DNA of 34,792 nucleotides from Gemmatimonadota bacterium. Its GTDB lineage: Bacteria; Gemmatimonadota; Gemmatimonadetes; Palauibacterales; KS3-K002. Both the position numbers and the translations under genes were made by a program. The notes beneath the pieces are model-generated. The model was not told the origin of the DNA. It searched no databases and saw nothing but the letters and a program-made list of their open reading frames with translations. The stretch covers positions 1 to 34,792 of the forward strand of contig JBDHAL010000048.1 in assembly GCA_039588075.1 (NCBI GenBank), written 5' to 3'. How positions within the stretch are numbered: the stretch's first letter is position 1; every line of letters begins with the position of its first letter. Positions 8,296 to 16,466 of this stretch are shown one piece after another.

Positions 8296-8829
8296 TCACT
8301 TCCTCGACCGGCCCCGCATCCCCCGCACCCGCTCCAGGTCATAATCCCTCACGACCGCCGGCGGCCACCCACCCGCTTCAACCTTCATGATTAACTGCGA
8401 AAGCGTTTCCCGCGCTCGAGCCGCCGCCACTTCATCAATCCATCCATTGTCCACCGCCTCATCAAACTCGTCCTGATCCAGCACGCGATGGTTCCCCTCC
8501 AGGTCGACCCAGAGATCCAGGTAGAGGTCGTACATCGTCCAGGTACTGCGATCGAGATCCGGGGGCGCTATGAGGTTTACGTAGTACCCGGTATGCGTCC
8601 CGTCGCTCAGGTGGAAGCGGCCCACATCGTACCATTCGCCGGGGAAGACGAACCATACGATCGGGGAGCCGGGCTCGTAGATCAGCCGATCGGCGATGTA
8701 GAGCTCGGAAGTCAGTGGAGTGTTCTCGTGCAGGGTGACCTTGCAATCGTCTTGGTCGACGACGAGGTCCTGAACGAAGATGTCCATCCGGTTGGGCGGT
8801 CGGTGGTAGTGGATTTCGATTTCGGGCAT
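8296..8829 (-). CDS. DUF402-family protein (FomD-like nucleotide-phosphatase fold)
   Basis: YDLYLDLWVDLEGNHRVLDQDEFDEAVDNGWI matches the conserved Y.DL.LD......D.DE core of DUF402. The assignment is made from motif memory only. Confidence 0.6.
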   Translation of the reverse strand: MPEIEIHYHRPPNRMDIFVQDLVVDQDDCKVTLHENTPLTSELYIADRLIYEPGSPIVWFVFPGEWYDVGRFHLSDGTHTGYYVNLIAPPDLDRSTWTMYDLYLDLWVDLEGNHRVLDQDEFDEAVDNGWIDEVAAARARETLSQLIMKVEAGGWPPAVVRDYDLERVRGMRGRSRK

Positions 8830-8850
8830 GAGGCGCGAGCGGCGCTCGGG

Positions 8851-10977
8851 TCAGGAGGGGTAGAACGACGAGCGCTCGGTCAGCCCCGTCGCGGGCTCGA
8901 GTCGCGCCGATACGCTGCTGGCGTAGTGGCGCAGGCGATCGGCCACGTGGTCCAGGCCGAGGTGGTCGGCGTAGCGCAGCAGGCCGCCGCGGAAGGGCGG
9001 GAAGCCGGTGCCCATGATCATGGCGACGTCGAGGTTCTCCGGTGAGCTGACGACCCGATCATCCAGCGTGCGCGCCGCCTCGTTGATCATGGCCAGGACC
9101 ATGCGCTCCTCCGCTTCGCCTGATCCGGGCGGCTCTCCTTCGGACGCCTCGCGAAGCACGGCCTCGATCTCGCTGTCCGTGCCTTCCGCTTTGCCATCGC
9201 TGTAGCGGTAGAAACCGCGGCCGCCTTTGCGGCCGCTGACGCCGGTGGCCAGGACGGTCCCGACGATGGGAGCCGGCTGAAAGCGCTCGCCGAACCCCGA
9301 AATCATTGTCTTGCTCACCTCGGCGACGACGTCGAGTCCGATCTCGTCCAGCAGCCGCGCCGGCCCTACCGGCATGCCGAAGCGGGTCATGACGCGGTCC
9401 AGCTCCTTGACGGTCATCCCTTCCTGCAGCAGGTACCCCGCTTCGGTGAGATAGGCGGCGAGCACGCGGTTGACCACGAAGCCGGGCGAGTCTTTGACGA
9501 TGATGGGCGTCTTGCCCAGGCGAACGGCGATCTCGAACGCGGTGGCTAGGGCGTCGTCCGACGTGGCCGCGCCGCGCACCACCTCGACCAGGGGCATGCG
9601 GAAGGGGGGGTTGAAGAAGTGAAGCCCGCAGAGGCGATCGGGCCTCTCCAGCTCCTCCTGCAGCTTGGAGATAGACAGCGCCGATGTGTTGGTGGCGATC
9701 ACCGCGTCGGGGCGCAGGAAATCCTCCAGCGCGCTGATCACCATCTTCTTCACGTCGAGCCGCTCTACCACCGCCTCCACCACGGCGTCCACGGTGTCGA
9801 ATCCGTCGTAGCTCACCGCCCCGCGAAGACAATCGACACGAGCCTGCAGGTCTTCCGAAGACCAGCCGGACCGCTCGCCCGCTTTCTCCAACAGCTCGCG
9901 CGCACGCTCGATCCCGGCCTCGACCCGCTCGGGGTCCACGTCGACGATCTTGACGGGCACGTTCTGGTAGGCGAACAGCTCGGCGATCCCGGCCCCCATC
10001 ACGCCGGCCCCGACGACCGCGGCGCGCCGCACCGTCGCCGCCTCACCGTCGGGCACTCGCTTGCGGGCGCCCTCGGTAAGCTGGAAGACGGCGATCAGGT
10101 TCTTGGACTCGGTCGTGACCGCCAGCCGCCCGAAGGCTTCCGCCTCCTGCTCGTACGCCTTTTCCGGCGCGACGGAGAGGCTGCTGACGACGACCTCGAC
10201 GGCGGCCGGTAGCGCCGGGTAGTGACCCCTGGTGCGGGCGAGCACGGCCCGGCGCGTCAACTTCTTGATGATCCAGCGGGCGGCCGGACCGTCCTCGAGC
10301 AGTCGCGCCACGGTGGAGCGAAGATGTCGCCGCAACGGCGTCTTCCCGCGGGCGAAACCGGCGGCGAGAGCGGCAACCTCGTCGTCGAAAGCCTCGGCGG
10401 ACAGGATGCGGTCGACAAGCCCGAGCTCGCGGGCGCGGTCGGAGTTGATCTGCCTTCCAGAGAGGATCAGGTCGAGTGCGGCCCGGAGCCCGATCAGGCG
10501 CGGCGTTCTCACGGTGCCACCCAATCCCGGGACGAAGCCCAGTCGGGTCTCGGGGAAGCCGAAACGCGTCTGTGCGTGATCGCTGGCGACCCGGTAGTCG
10601 CAGGCGAGCGCCAGCTCTAGGCCGCCGCCCACACACACACCGTTGATCGCCACCAGCGTCGGCACCGACAGCCGCTCGAGCCGCTTGAAGATGGCCTGCC
10701 CGCGGCGCGAGATCTCGCTCGCCGCCGCCGCCGACTCCAACCCGGCCAGCTGATCGATGTCGGCGCCCGCGATGAAGTTGCCGGGCTTGGCGCTTTGCAC
10801 CAGCAACGCCCGGACTTCTCCACGGCCGGCCGCCACCTCGACCGACGCCAGGTGCGACTCCAGACGGACCATGACCGGATGGGTCAGCAGGTTCACCTTC
10901 GAGTCGGGGCGATCGAAGGTGATCGTCGCTAGACCGTCCGCGATTTCGAATCGGAGGTCCGGAACCTGCTCGGTCAT
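8851..10977 (-). CDS. fadJ: Fatty-acid oxidation multifunctional protein: enoyl-CoA hydratase plus 3-hydroxyacyl-CoA dehydrogenase (FadJ/FadB type)
   Basis: Crotonase region ...NFIAGADIDQL...GGGLELALACD. NAD-binding motif VVGAGVMGAGIA. C-terminal 3HCDH region. The start is set at MTEQVPDLRF (ATG 10977, GGGAG RBS); the track's 60-aa upstream extension is rejected. Confidence 0.9.
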   Translation of the reverse strand: MTEQVPDLRFEIADGLATITFDRPDSKVNLLTHPVMVRLESHLASVEVAAGRGEVRALLVQSAKPGNFIAGADIDQLAGLESAAAASEISRRGQAIFKRLERLSVPTLVAINGVCVGGGLELALACDYRVASDHAQTRFGFPETRLGFVPGLGGTVRTPRLIGLRAALDLILSGRQINSDRARELGLVDRILSAEAFDDEVAALAAGFARGKTPLRRHLRSTVARLLEDGPAARWIIKKLTRRAVLARTRGHYPALPAAVEVVVSSLSVAPEKAYEQEAEAFGRLAVTTESKNLIAVFQLTEGARKRVPDGEAATVRRAAVVGAGVMGAGIAELFAYQNVPVKIVDVDPERVEAGIERARELLEKAGERSGWSSEDLQARVDCLRGAVSYDGFDTVDAVVEAVVERLDVKKMVISALEDFLRPDAVIATNTSALSISKLQEELERPDRLCGLHFFNPPFRMPLVEVVRGAATSDDALATAFEIAVRLGKTPIIVKDSPGFVVNRVLAAYLTEAGYLLQEGMTVKELDRVMTRFGMPVGPARLLDEIGLDVVAEVSKTMISGFGERFQPAPIVGTVLATGVSGRKGGRGFYRYSDGKAEGTDSEIEAVLREASEGEPPGSGEAEERMVLAMINEAARTLDDRVVSSPENLDVAMIMGTGFPPFRGGLLRYADHLGLDHVADRLRHYASSVSARLEPATGLTERSSFYPS

Positions 10978-11033
10978 GGCTGACTCCCTGGGAACGCGCG
11001 GCGCCCTCTGCGCGGCGCCGCGCCCCTGCACAA

Positions 11034-11780
11034 CTAGAACGTACTCCGAACCTCTGCGTTCGAGTCGTTCAACACCAATGTGTCCACGCCGCCGCCCGAC
11101 GCGTAGAGGATGTTCCAGTATAGCTCCTCGAACGGCAACGGGTAGCGCGTGTAGATCCACCAGTCACCACGCGGCACCGCGAAGTACGCCCAGCCGCCCG
11201 CGTCCGTCGTGTCCACCAGCTCCTCGCCCTGTGCTTCCGCCAGGCTGTCCACTATCTCGACGTACCTCTCGAACGCCACGTCCTCCCACGACGCCAATAC
11301 CGCGTTGAACGAGTCCGCTCGCGCCGCGTACGTGCTCTGCAGCGCCGTGAACTCGTCGAAGTACCGCGTCTTTTCCCCGTCCAGCTGCCTCACTGCGTCC
11401 TCAAGGTTCTCGAACCGCCGAAACAGTCGAAAGTACTCGTCGCTCGCCGTGTTCATCCCTTGCATCCGCTCGCTCAGATCCCGCTGCTCCGAGTACGCTT
11501 CGTTCCACGCCGCCTCCGCCGTACGCCACTGCTCCTGAGCCGCCGCCACCGAATCCCGCATCGCGATCAGATCCGCCGGCGGCTCCGGCTCCGCCTCCGA
11601 CGCCGTCGCCGCCATCGCCGCGAACAGCGAGTCTCGGTCATACCGCAGCATCTTCACCACCAGCTGCGCTCGGCCCCCATCCTCTCCGTCCGCCGCCGCC
11701 CGTAACGACAGCTGGGTCGATCTGCTGCACGCACTCACCGTCACCAACGCGCCAAGACACAGGACCCAATGCTTGTTCAT
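11034..11780 (-). CDS. Hypothetical lipoprotein
   Basis: Signal peptide with lipobox MNKHWVLCLGALVTVSAC|S. The protein is acidic and helical, and I recognise no family. Confidence 0.55.
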   Translation of the reverse strand: MNKHWVLCLGALVTVSACSRSTQLSLRAAADGEDGGRAQLVVKMLRYDRDSLFAAMAATASEAEPEPPADLIAMRDSVAAAQEQWRTAEAAWNEAYSEQRDLSERMQGMNTASDEYFRLFRRFENLEDAVRQLDGEKTRYFDEFTALQSTYAARADSFNAVLASWEDVAFERYVEIVDSLAEAQGEELVDTTDAGGWAYFAVPRGDWWIYTRYPLPFEELYWNILYASGGGVDTLVLNDSNAEVRSTF

Positions 11781-11958
11781 TGAGCTCTCCCAGATTAAAG
11801 TACCTGTCCGCCGAATCCAGAAAACCTAGGATCGACGCCCTTAGTTTTCAAGCGCCGCGATACCGTCGCCGCGAGCCGCCGCCTCCGTGCAGCCGCTCGC
11901 AACCGGCCCGGCCGGCGCCGCAGACAGTGGTGTGATAGACTACAGAATACCAAACCCG

Positions 11959-12528
11959 ATGTCCCACGCCTGGTCCGGGTCACGAGCGCTGGCGGCGATT
12001 GCGGCGGCGTCGCTGTTGGGCGGCTGCGGCTATGGGAGGATCCAGGAGCTGGACGAGGCGGTGCTGGAGGCGCGCTCGGAGATCGAGGTGCAGCTGCAGC
12101 GTCGATCGGCGCTGGTGCCGAACCTGCTGGAGACGGTGCAGAGCTACGGAGCGGTGGCCGAGGAGGTGATCGCGGGGGTGGCGGATGCCCGGGCGGGGCT
12201 TGTGGGGGCGGTGCGGTCGGGGCAGCTGCCGGGGATGGAGACGGCGAGCGCGGAGCTGTCGGGGGCGTTGGAGGAACTGCTGACGGTGGTGAGCCGGACT
12301 CCGGCCCTGGACGACGACCGCGGTTTCCGGTTGCTGCGGTCGCAGTTGGAGCAGACGGAAGAGATGATCATTCAGGCGGGCCGCAGCTACAACGAGGCGG
12401 TGCGCCGTTACAACGACTTCATAGAGCAGTTTCCTCAGATGGTAACGGCCAAGGTGATTGGGGCGGAAGCGCTCGAGTTGTTCGAGCCCTGGGATGGGCC
12501 GGCTTCACTGTCCTCGGCCGACGAGTAG
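11959..12528 (+). CDS. lemA: LemA-family protein, membrane- or lipid-anchored
   Basis: Start at MSHAWSGSRALAAIAAASLLGGCG. The LemA core SYNEAVRRYNDFIEQFPQMVTAKVIG matches the conserved RYN...FP...A motif. Confidence 0.8.
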   Translation: MSHAWSGSRALAAIAAASLLGGCGYGRIQELDEAVLEARSEIEVQLQRRSALVPNLLETVQSYGAVAEEVIAGVADARAGLVGAVRSGQLPGMETASAELSGALEELLTVVSRTPALDDDRGFRLLRSQLEQTEEMIIQAGRSYNEAVRRYNDFIEQFPQMVTAKVIGAEALELFEPWDGPASLSSADE

Positions 12529-12533
12529 GGCGT

Positions 12534-12776
12534 TCAGAGCAGGATTCTCTTCACCAATTCCAGCCCGATCAACACGATCAGCGGCGAGAGATCGATGCCC
12601 GCCGAGACCGGAAAAGCCTTCCGCACGGGCTCCAGCACCGGGTCGGTCAGCTTGTTCAGAAGGTCGATCGCCTGGTTCGACGTGGTGGGTGAAGTGAACC
12701 AGGAGAAGATCGCTCGCAGGATTATTAGGCCCTCGTAGAGGGTGATGAGTGCGACCAGCAAACCGGCGATTCCCAA
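12534..12776 (-). CDS. yggT: YggT (Ycf19) family membrane protein of about 80 aa; TTG start at 12776 after a GAGGA RBS
   Basis: LGIAGLLVALITLYEGLIILRAIFSWF...LTDPVLEPVRKAFPVSAGIDLSPLIVLIGLELV is the canonical YggT pattern (iflsW...P.l.P.R...P..gg.DlSPl). The track's Thr/Val-rich N-extension is encoded by the GACAAC repeat and is rejected. Confidence 0.7.
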   Translation of the reverse strand: MGIAGLLVALITLYEGLIILRAIFSWFTSPTTSNQAIDLLNKLTDPVLEPVRKAFPVSAGIDLSPLIVLIGLELVKRILL

Positions 12777-12860
12777 GGTTTTATCCTCGCTTGCGTCGGG
12801 GGTGGTTGGTTTTGGTCGGTGGACACTACGTCCGCGGGTTGCCGTGTGTTTCACTGTATC

Positions 12861-12980
12861 GACGACGACAACGACAACGACAACGATAAGACAACGACAG
12901 CGAGAAACGAGAAATCTCGCCGCCGGCCATGCCTTTTTCTCGTTTCTCGCTGTCGTTGTCGTTGTCGTTACCGTTGTCGT
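12861..12980. repeat. Long perfect hairpin built from GAC/AAC trinucleotide repeats, located in the divergent yggT / hemQ-Rieske intergenic region
   Basis: Left arm: gacgacgacaacgacaacgacaacgataagacaacgacagcgagaaacgagaaa. Loop: tctcgccgccggccatgcc. Right arm: tttctcgtttctcgctgtcgttgtcgttgtcgttaccgttgtcgtc. The inner 25 bp are perfectly complementary. GC content here is well below the genome average. Confidence 0.75.
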
Positions 12981-13092
12981 CAGTAGCACCAGAGAACCGC
13001 AACAAGCCGAAATCGGTTCTAACTAGATGGGAGAAAGCGCCGGTTGCCAGCAGCGGGCCGCCCTTGGGCAAGAACTAAGAGAAGGAGCAGCA

Positions 13093-14136
13093 ATGTCGGG
13101 CAAGGAAGAGAAGCGTCAGCTCGTCCGCTACCTGTTCTTCAAGCTGGACCCGGCGTGGCGCCGGCTGAATCTGGACAAGCAGATCGACCAGAAGATCGAA
13201 CTGGGCGACACGATCCGGGGCTTTCAGGCGAAGTCGCTTCTGCGGTCGTACAGCCTGATGGGTACGCGTGGCGAGGTCGATTTCATGCTGTGGCAGGCGA
13301 CGGAGGATCTGGAGACGCTGCAGGCGCTGGAGACGTCGATCTTCTCCACGCGGCTCGGGGCCTATTTTTCGACCCCGTACAGCTACCTGGCGATGACCAA
13401 GCGGTCGATCTACGACTTTCCCGATGACCCGGAGCATGACGACCGAATCGCCGTTCGGCCGCAGGATTCCCGGTACCTGTTTCTGTACCCGTTTACCAAG
13501 ACCCGCCCCTGGTACAAGCTATCGCACGAGCAGCGCCAGGAGATGATGAGCGAGCACGTGCGCGTCGGCCGCAAGTATCCCGACATCCGGATCAATACCG
13601 CCTACTCCTTCGGCCTCGACGACCAGGAGTTCATGGTCGGCTTCGAGGGCGACGACCCGGGCGCCTTCCTCGACCTGGTGATGGAGCTGCGCGAGAGCGA
13701 CGCTTCGGCCTACACGCTCGAGGACACGCCCATTTTCACCTGCATCCAGATGTCGCTCTGGGACGTCCTCGACTCGCTGGGCGGCGCCTCCGTGTCCGAG
13801 CAGGCGCGCGCCGCCGAGCGCGACGCCGACGGCTTCGTGCTCGCCGCGTCCGTGGCCGAGCTGCCGCCCGGCGCCTCGAAGCGCGTCTATAACGGCGCCG
13901 ACGCCATCGCCCTGTTCAACGTGGATGGGACGTTTTACGCCGTCAGCGACCGCTGCACCCACGGCCGCGCTTCTCTGAGCGAGGGCAGCGTGGACGCGAA
14001 GGAGTGCGTGCTCAACTGTCCGTGGCATGGAGGCAAGTTCGATATCAAGAACGGCGAACCGGCCGGCGGGCCGGTGCGGGCGGCGATCAAGACGTATCGC
14101 GTGAAGGTCGAGGGGGAGAATGTGTTGGTTGGTTGA
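13093..14136 (+). CDS. hemQ: Coproheme decarboxylase (HemQ/ChdC, chlorite-dismutase family) fused to a C-terminal Rieske [2Fe-2S] domain
   Basis: AAGGAG RBS before ATG 13093. HemQ hallmarks: VRYLFFKLDPAW, VDFMLWQATE, YLFLYPFTKTRPWYKLSHEQRQEMMSEHVRVGRKY, YSFGLDDQEFMVGFEGDDP, DLVMELRESDASAYTLEDTPIFTC. After residue ~250, Rieske box I CTHGRASL and box II CPWHGGKF (CxH...CxxH, 17-aa spacing). Confidence 0.85.
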   Translation: MSGKEEKRQLVRYLFFKLDPAWRRLNLDKQIDQKIELGDTIRGFQAKSLLRSYSLMGTRGEVDFMLWQATEDLETLQALETSIFSTRLGAYFSTPYSYLAMTKRSIYDFPDDPEHDDRIAVRPQDSRYLFLYPFTKTRPWYKLSHEQRQEMMSEHVRVGRKYPDIRINTAYSFGLDDQEFMVGFEGDDPGAFLDLVMELRESDASAYTLEDTPIFTCIQMSLWDVLDSLGGASVSEQARAAERDADGFVLAASVAELPPGASKRVYNGADAIALFNVDGTFYAVSDRCTHGRASLSEGSVDAKECVLNCPWHGGKFDIKNGEPAGGPVRAAIKTYRVKVEGENVLVG

Positions 14137-14140
14137 TTAG

Positions 14141-14230
14141 GTGAACATCGAACATTGAGAATACGCCCCGATGTTGAACGTCGGACCTCGAGGCCGGGAC
14201 GTTGAACGTCGAGGCGTGCTTCGATGTTCA
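14141..14230. repeat. Palindromic element with GAACATCGAA arms, related to the 521-752 decamer block
   Basis: gtgaacatcgaacattgag...cgatgttgaacgtcg...gacgttgaacgtcgagg...cttcgatgttcac. The outer 12-bp arms are perfect reverse complements. Confidence 0.6.
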
Positions 14231-14262
14231 CAAAAAAAGAGCGGGCAATGCCCGCTCTTTTC
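14231..14262 (-). terminator. Bidirectional intrinsic terminator, strong on the minus strand, for the M23 peptidase gene; also closes the hemQ-Rieske gene
   Basis: caaaaaaagagcgggcaatgcccgctcttttcc: a GC hairpin (agagcgggc/gcccgctct) flanked by A7 on one side and T4 on the other. The hairpin is nearly identical to the one at 5265-5292. Confidence 0.7.
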
Positions 14263-14286
14263 CTCATCGGCTGGTGTTATATATGG

Positions 14287-15264
14287 CTAATCAACAATGA
14301 CCTTAGATAACCGGTAATTATCCGGGTTCACGGCTCGCCCATTCTGCAGCACCTCGTAATGTACGTGCGGTCCCTTGGCCAGGCCGCTGCTGCCCACGAG
14401 GGCCACGGTATCGCCACGACGCACGCTGTCGCCCACCTTCACTTTGAGGTTCTTCTCGTTGTGCGCGTAGCGGGTCTTGAGCCCGTTGCCGTGGTCGACC
14501 TCCACCGTCCAGCCGAAGCCCGGGCGCCAGCCAGCATACGTCACCTGGCCGTCGGCGGTCGCCACGACCGGCGTGCCGCGGGGGGCCGAGATATCGATGC
14601 CTTCGTGGGGACGGCGAATGTTCAGGAGTGGGTGCCAGCGGCTGCGGCTGAAGGAAGAGCTGAGCCACCCGTTGGTCGGGTCGATCGACGGGTAGGTCAC
14701 CAGCTCATCGCGCCGGGTCTCCATCGCCCGAGATGCCTCGACCAGGCTCGCCTGCAACAGGTTCGACTGCCGAAGCAGGCGGTTCAGGTCGCCGGTCGCG
14801 GCGAATACCTCGCCGCCCAGCGCCGGATCCAGCTCCAGCAGTGGCTCGCTCTCGATCGAGCCGGTTCCCGGTCCGCCGATTCCCACCTGGCGAACTTCCG
14901 GATCGAGCTCGGGCAGCCCGGCTAATAGACGAAAACGACGATCCCTCTCAGAGATCGTCGTCATCGACTGCGTCAATTGGTCCACCGTCTCCTGCATTCG
15001 CGCCACATCGGCCACCAACAGCGAGTTCTCTTGCTGGAGCTCTGACGCCTTCGCCAGGTCTCCTAGCTTGAGGATCAGCGCGCCGCTGGCCACGAAGATG
15101 AATAGGAGAACGGCTGCGACCGCCCCGGCGGCGTAGCGTAGCGTACGTTGCGAAATGTGCAGCGTATGCGCAGGCCGCGAAGGGTCTGTGATTACTAGGA
15201 ACGTCAGGCGGTTTCGTTCCATCCGCGCTCGTTCAGAGTTTTCCTGGTTCAAAAGCGCGCCCAC
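14287..15264 (-). CDS. M23-family (LytM-domain) metallopeptidase with an N-terminal transmembrane anchor and coiled coil (EnvC/NlpD-like); start at 15264 or 15222
   Basis: HEGIDISAPRGTPVVATADGQV...GWTVEVDHGNGLKTRYAHNEKNL...GDTVALVGSSGLAKGPHVHYEV contains the HxxxD and HxH catalytic motifs. N-terminal transmembrane segment AAGAVAAVLLFIFVASGALIL. Confidence 0.85.
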   Translation of the reverse strand: MGALLNQENSERARMERNRLTFLVITDPSRPAHTLHISQRTLRYAAGAVAAVLLFIFVASGALILKLGDLAKASELQQENSLLVADVARMQETVDQLTQSMTTISERDRRFRLLAGLPELDPEVRQVGIGGPGTGSIESEPLLELDPALGGEVFAATGDLNRLLRQSNLLQASLVEASRAMETRRDELVTYPSIDPTNGWLSSSFSRSRWHPLLNIRRPHEGIDISAPRGTPVVATADGQVTYAGWRPGFGWTVEVDHGNGLKTRYAHNEKNLKVKVGDSVRRGDTVALVGSSGLAKGPHVHYEVLQNGRAVNPDNYRLSKVIVD

Positions 15265-15778
15265 CGGTCTCGTCCAGTGACAGTTAAATCCAGGCAGTTC
15301 AACCCGCCTGGTTTTTCAACGGCTTACCGATGGAGGAGGGGCAGGCGCCACGTTAACGCCAAGGGGCAGGACTGTCAAGCCACCGCACCAGCAGATAGAG
15401 TTTGCAAGGTCTGTTCCCACCTTACCTACAGCCCATAAGCTCATATACTACAACGACTTCGGGTTTTCTCTCCCCCTGCCAATCACCCCAAAAATCGGTA
15501 ATAATTACCCATCTTTTAGGCATTTTTGACCGCCTCTGGCCCTTCCACGCCGCGTTACTGCCGGTGATCGGTAACCGGTAATCGGTGATCGGTAACCCCT
15601 TTTCCCCCACCGGTTACACGGGATCTCCACTACCTGTACGGGTGACCGAATAGGCCAGCACGATCGGGGGTACTCTTAAGTAGTAGAAGGCTGATCGCTG
15701 AAGTTGCGCCAAGCCTCGGACACCGGCAGAATAGACCCGTCCCACCCAATCGCGCGGTCCGCCACCAGGAGAAGGCTC

Positions 15779-16456
15779 ATGCTGGGGATCTACATTTTGG
15801 CCGCCATGCTGGGCGGCGGAATGCTCGTCATCTCGGTACTGAGCGGAGTGCATCACGACGCGGACATCGACGTCCACGGAATCGATGCAGATGTCTCGGG
15901 CATGGATGTGGATGTGGGCGGCGTCGACGTGGACGTGGATGTATCGGGCGTCGATGTGGATGCCGGCGGTCTGGACGCCGATCATGACGTCCATGGCGGC
16001 TACGAAGGGGCGGGCCAGCTGGTGCTGGGATTGTTCAGGCCGCGCAACATCATCTTCTCCCTTACCGCTTTCGGTCTCACCGGCGCGCTGCTCACGCTGA
16101 CGGGGAACCCCGAGAGCGCGACGCTAGGCCTCGCGATCGGGATGGGCGCCGGCGCATGGTTGCTCACCTACGGTCTCTTCACCTGGCTGAAGCGCAGCGA
16201 AAGCGTGATGGACACGGTGGGGGAACGGGAGATCGAGGGCCGGCCGGGCCGGGTCGTCCTGGCGCTGGAGCCGGGGAAGTCCGGGCGGATATCGTGCCTG
16301 ATCGGAGACCGCGAGCAGTATCTGACGGCGCGCCTGGCGCCGGAGGTGTCGAGGCAACTGGCGTCGGGCAGCGAGGTCGTCATCCTGCGGGTCGAGGACG
16401 GGGTGGCGGAAGTCATTCCGTTCGATGTACTGGAGTTACCACCAGCAGAAAGTTGA
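15779..16456 (+). CDS. NfeD-like membrane protein (partner of SPFH/flotillin proteins) carrying a D/H-rich repeat insertion
   Basis: AGGAGA RBS before ATG 15779. Transmembrane helices plus a C-terminal beta-barrel-like region (GRPGRVVLALEPGKSGRISCLIGDREQYLTARL...EVVILRVEDGVAEVIPF). Insert: HHDADIDVHGIDADVSGMDVDVGGVDVDVDVSGVDVDAGGLDADHDVHGG. Lies immediately upstream of and overlapping the flotillin gene. Confidence 0.7.
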   Translation: MLGIYILAAMLGGGMLVISVLSGVHHDADIDVHGIDADVSGMDVDVGGVDVDVDVSGVDVDAGGLDADHDVHGGYEGAGQLVLGLFRPRNIIFSLTAFGLTGALLTLTGNPESATLGLAIGMGAGAWLLTYGLFTWLKRSESVMDTVGEREIEGRPGRVVLALEPGKSGRISCLIGDREQYLTARLAPEVSRQLASGSEVVILRVEDGVAEVIPFDVLELPPAES

Positions 16457-16466
16457 GGATAGAATC

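Noticed and set aside
12742-13071. ORFs 12742..13026(+) and 12826..13071(-), with poly-Thr, poly-Val or Asn-Asp runs
   Set aside because: They are translations of the GACAAC trinucleotide-repeat hairpin. Both strands give homopolymeric peptides, there is no RBS, and the region is better explained as a structured non-coding element.
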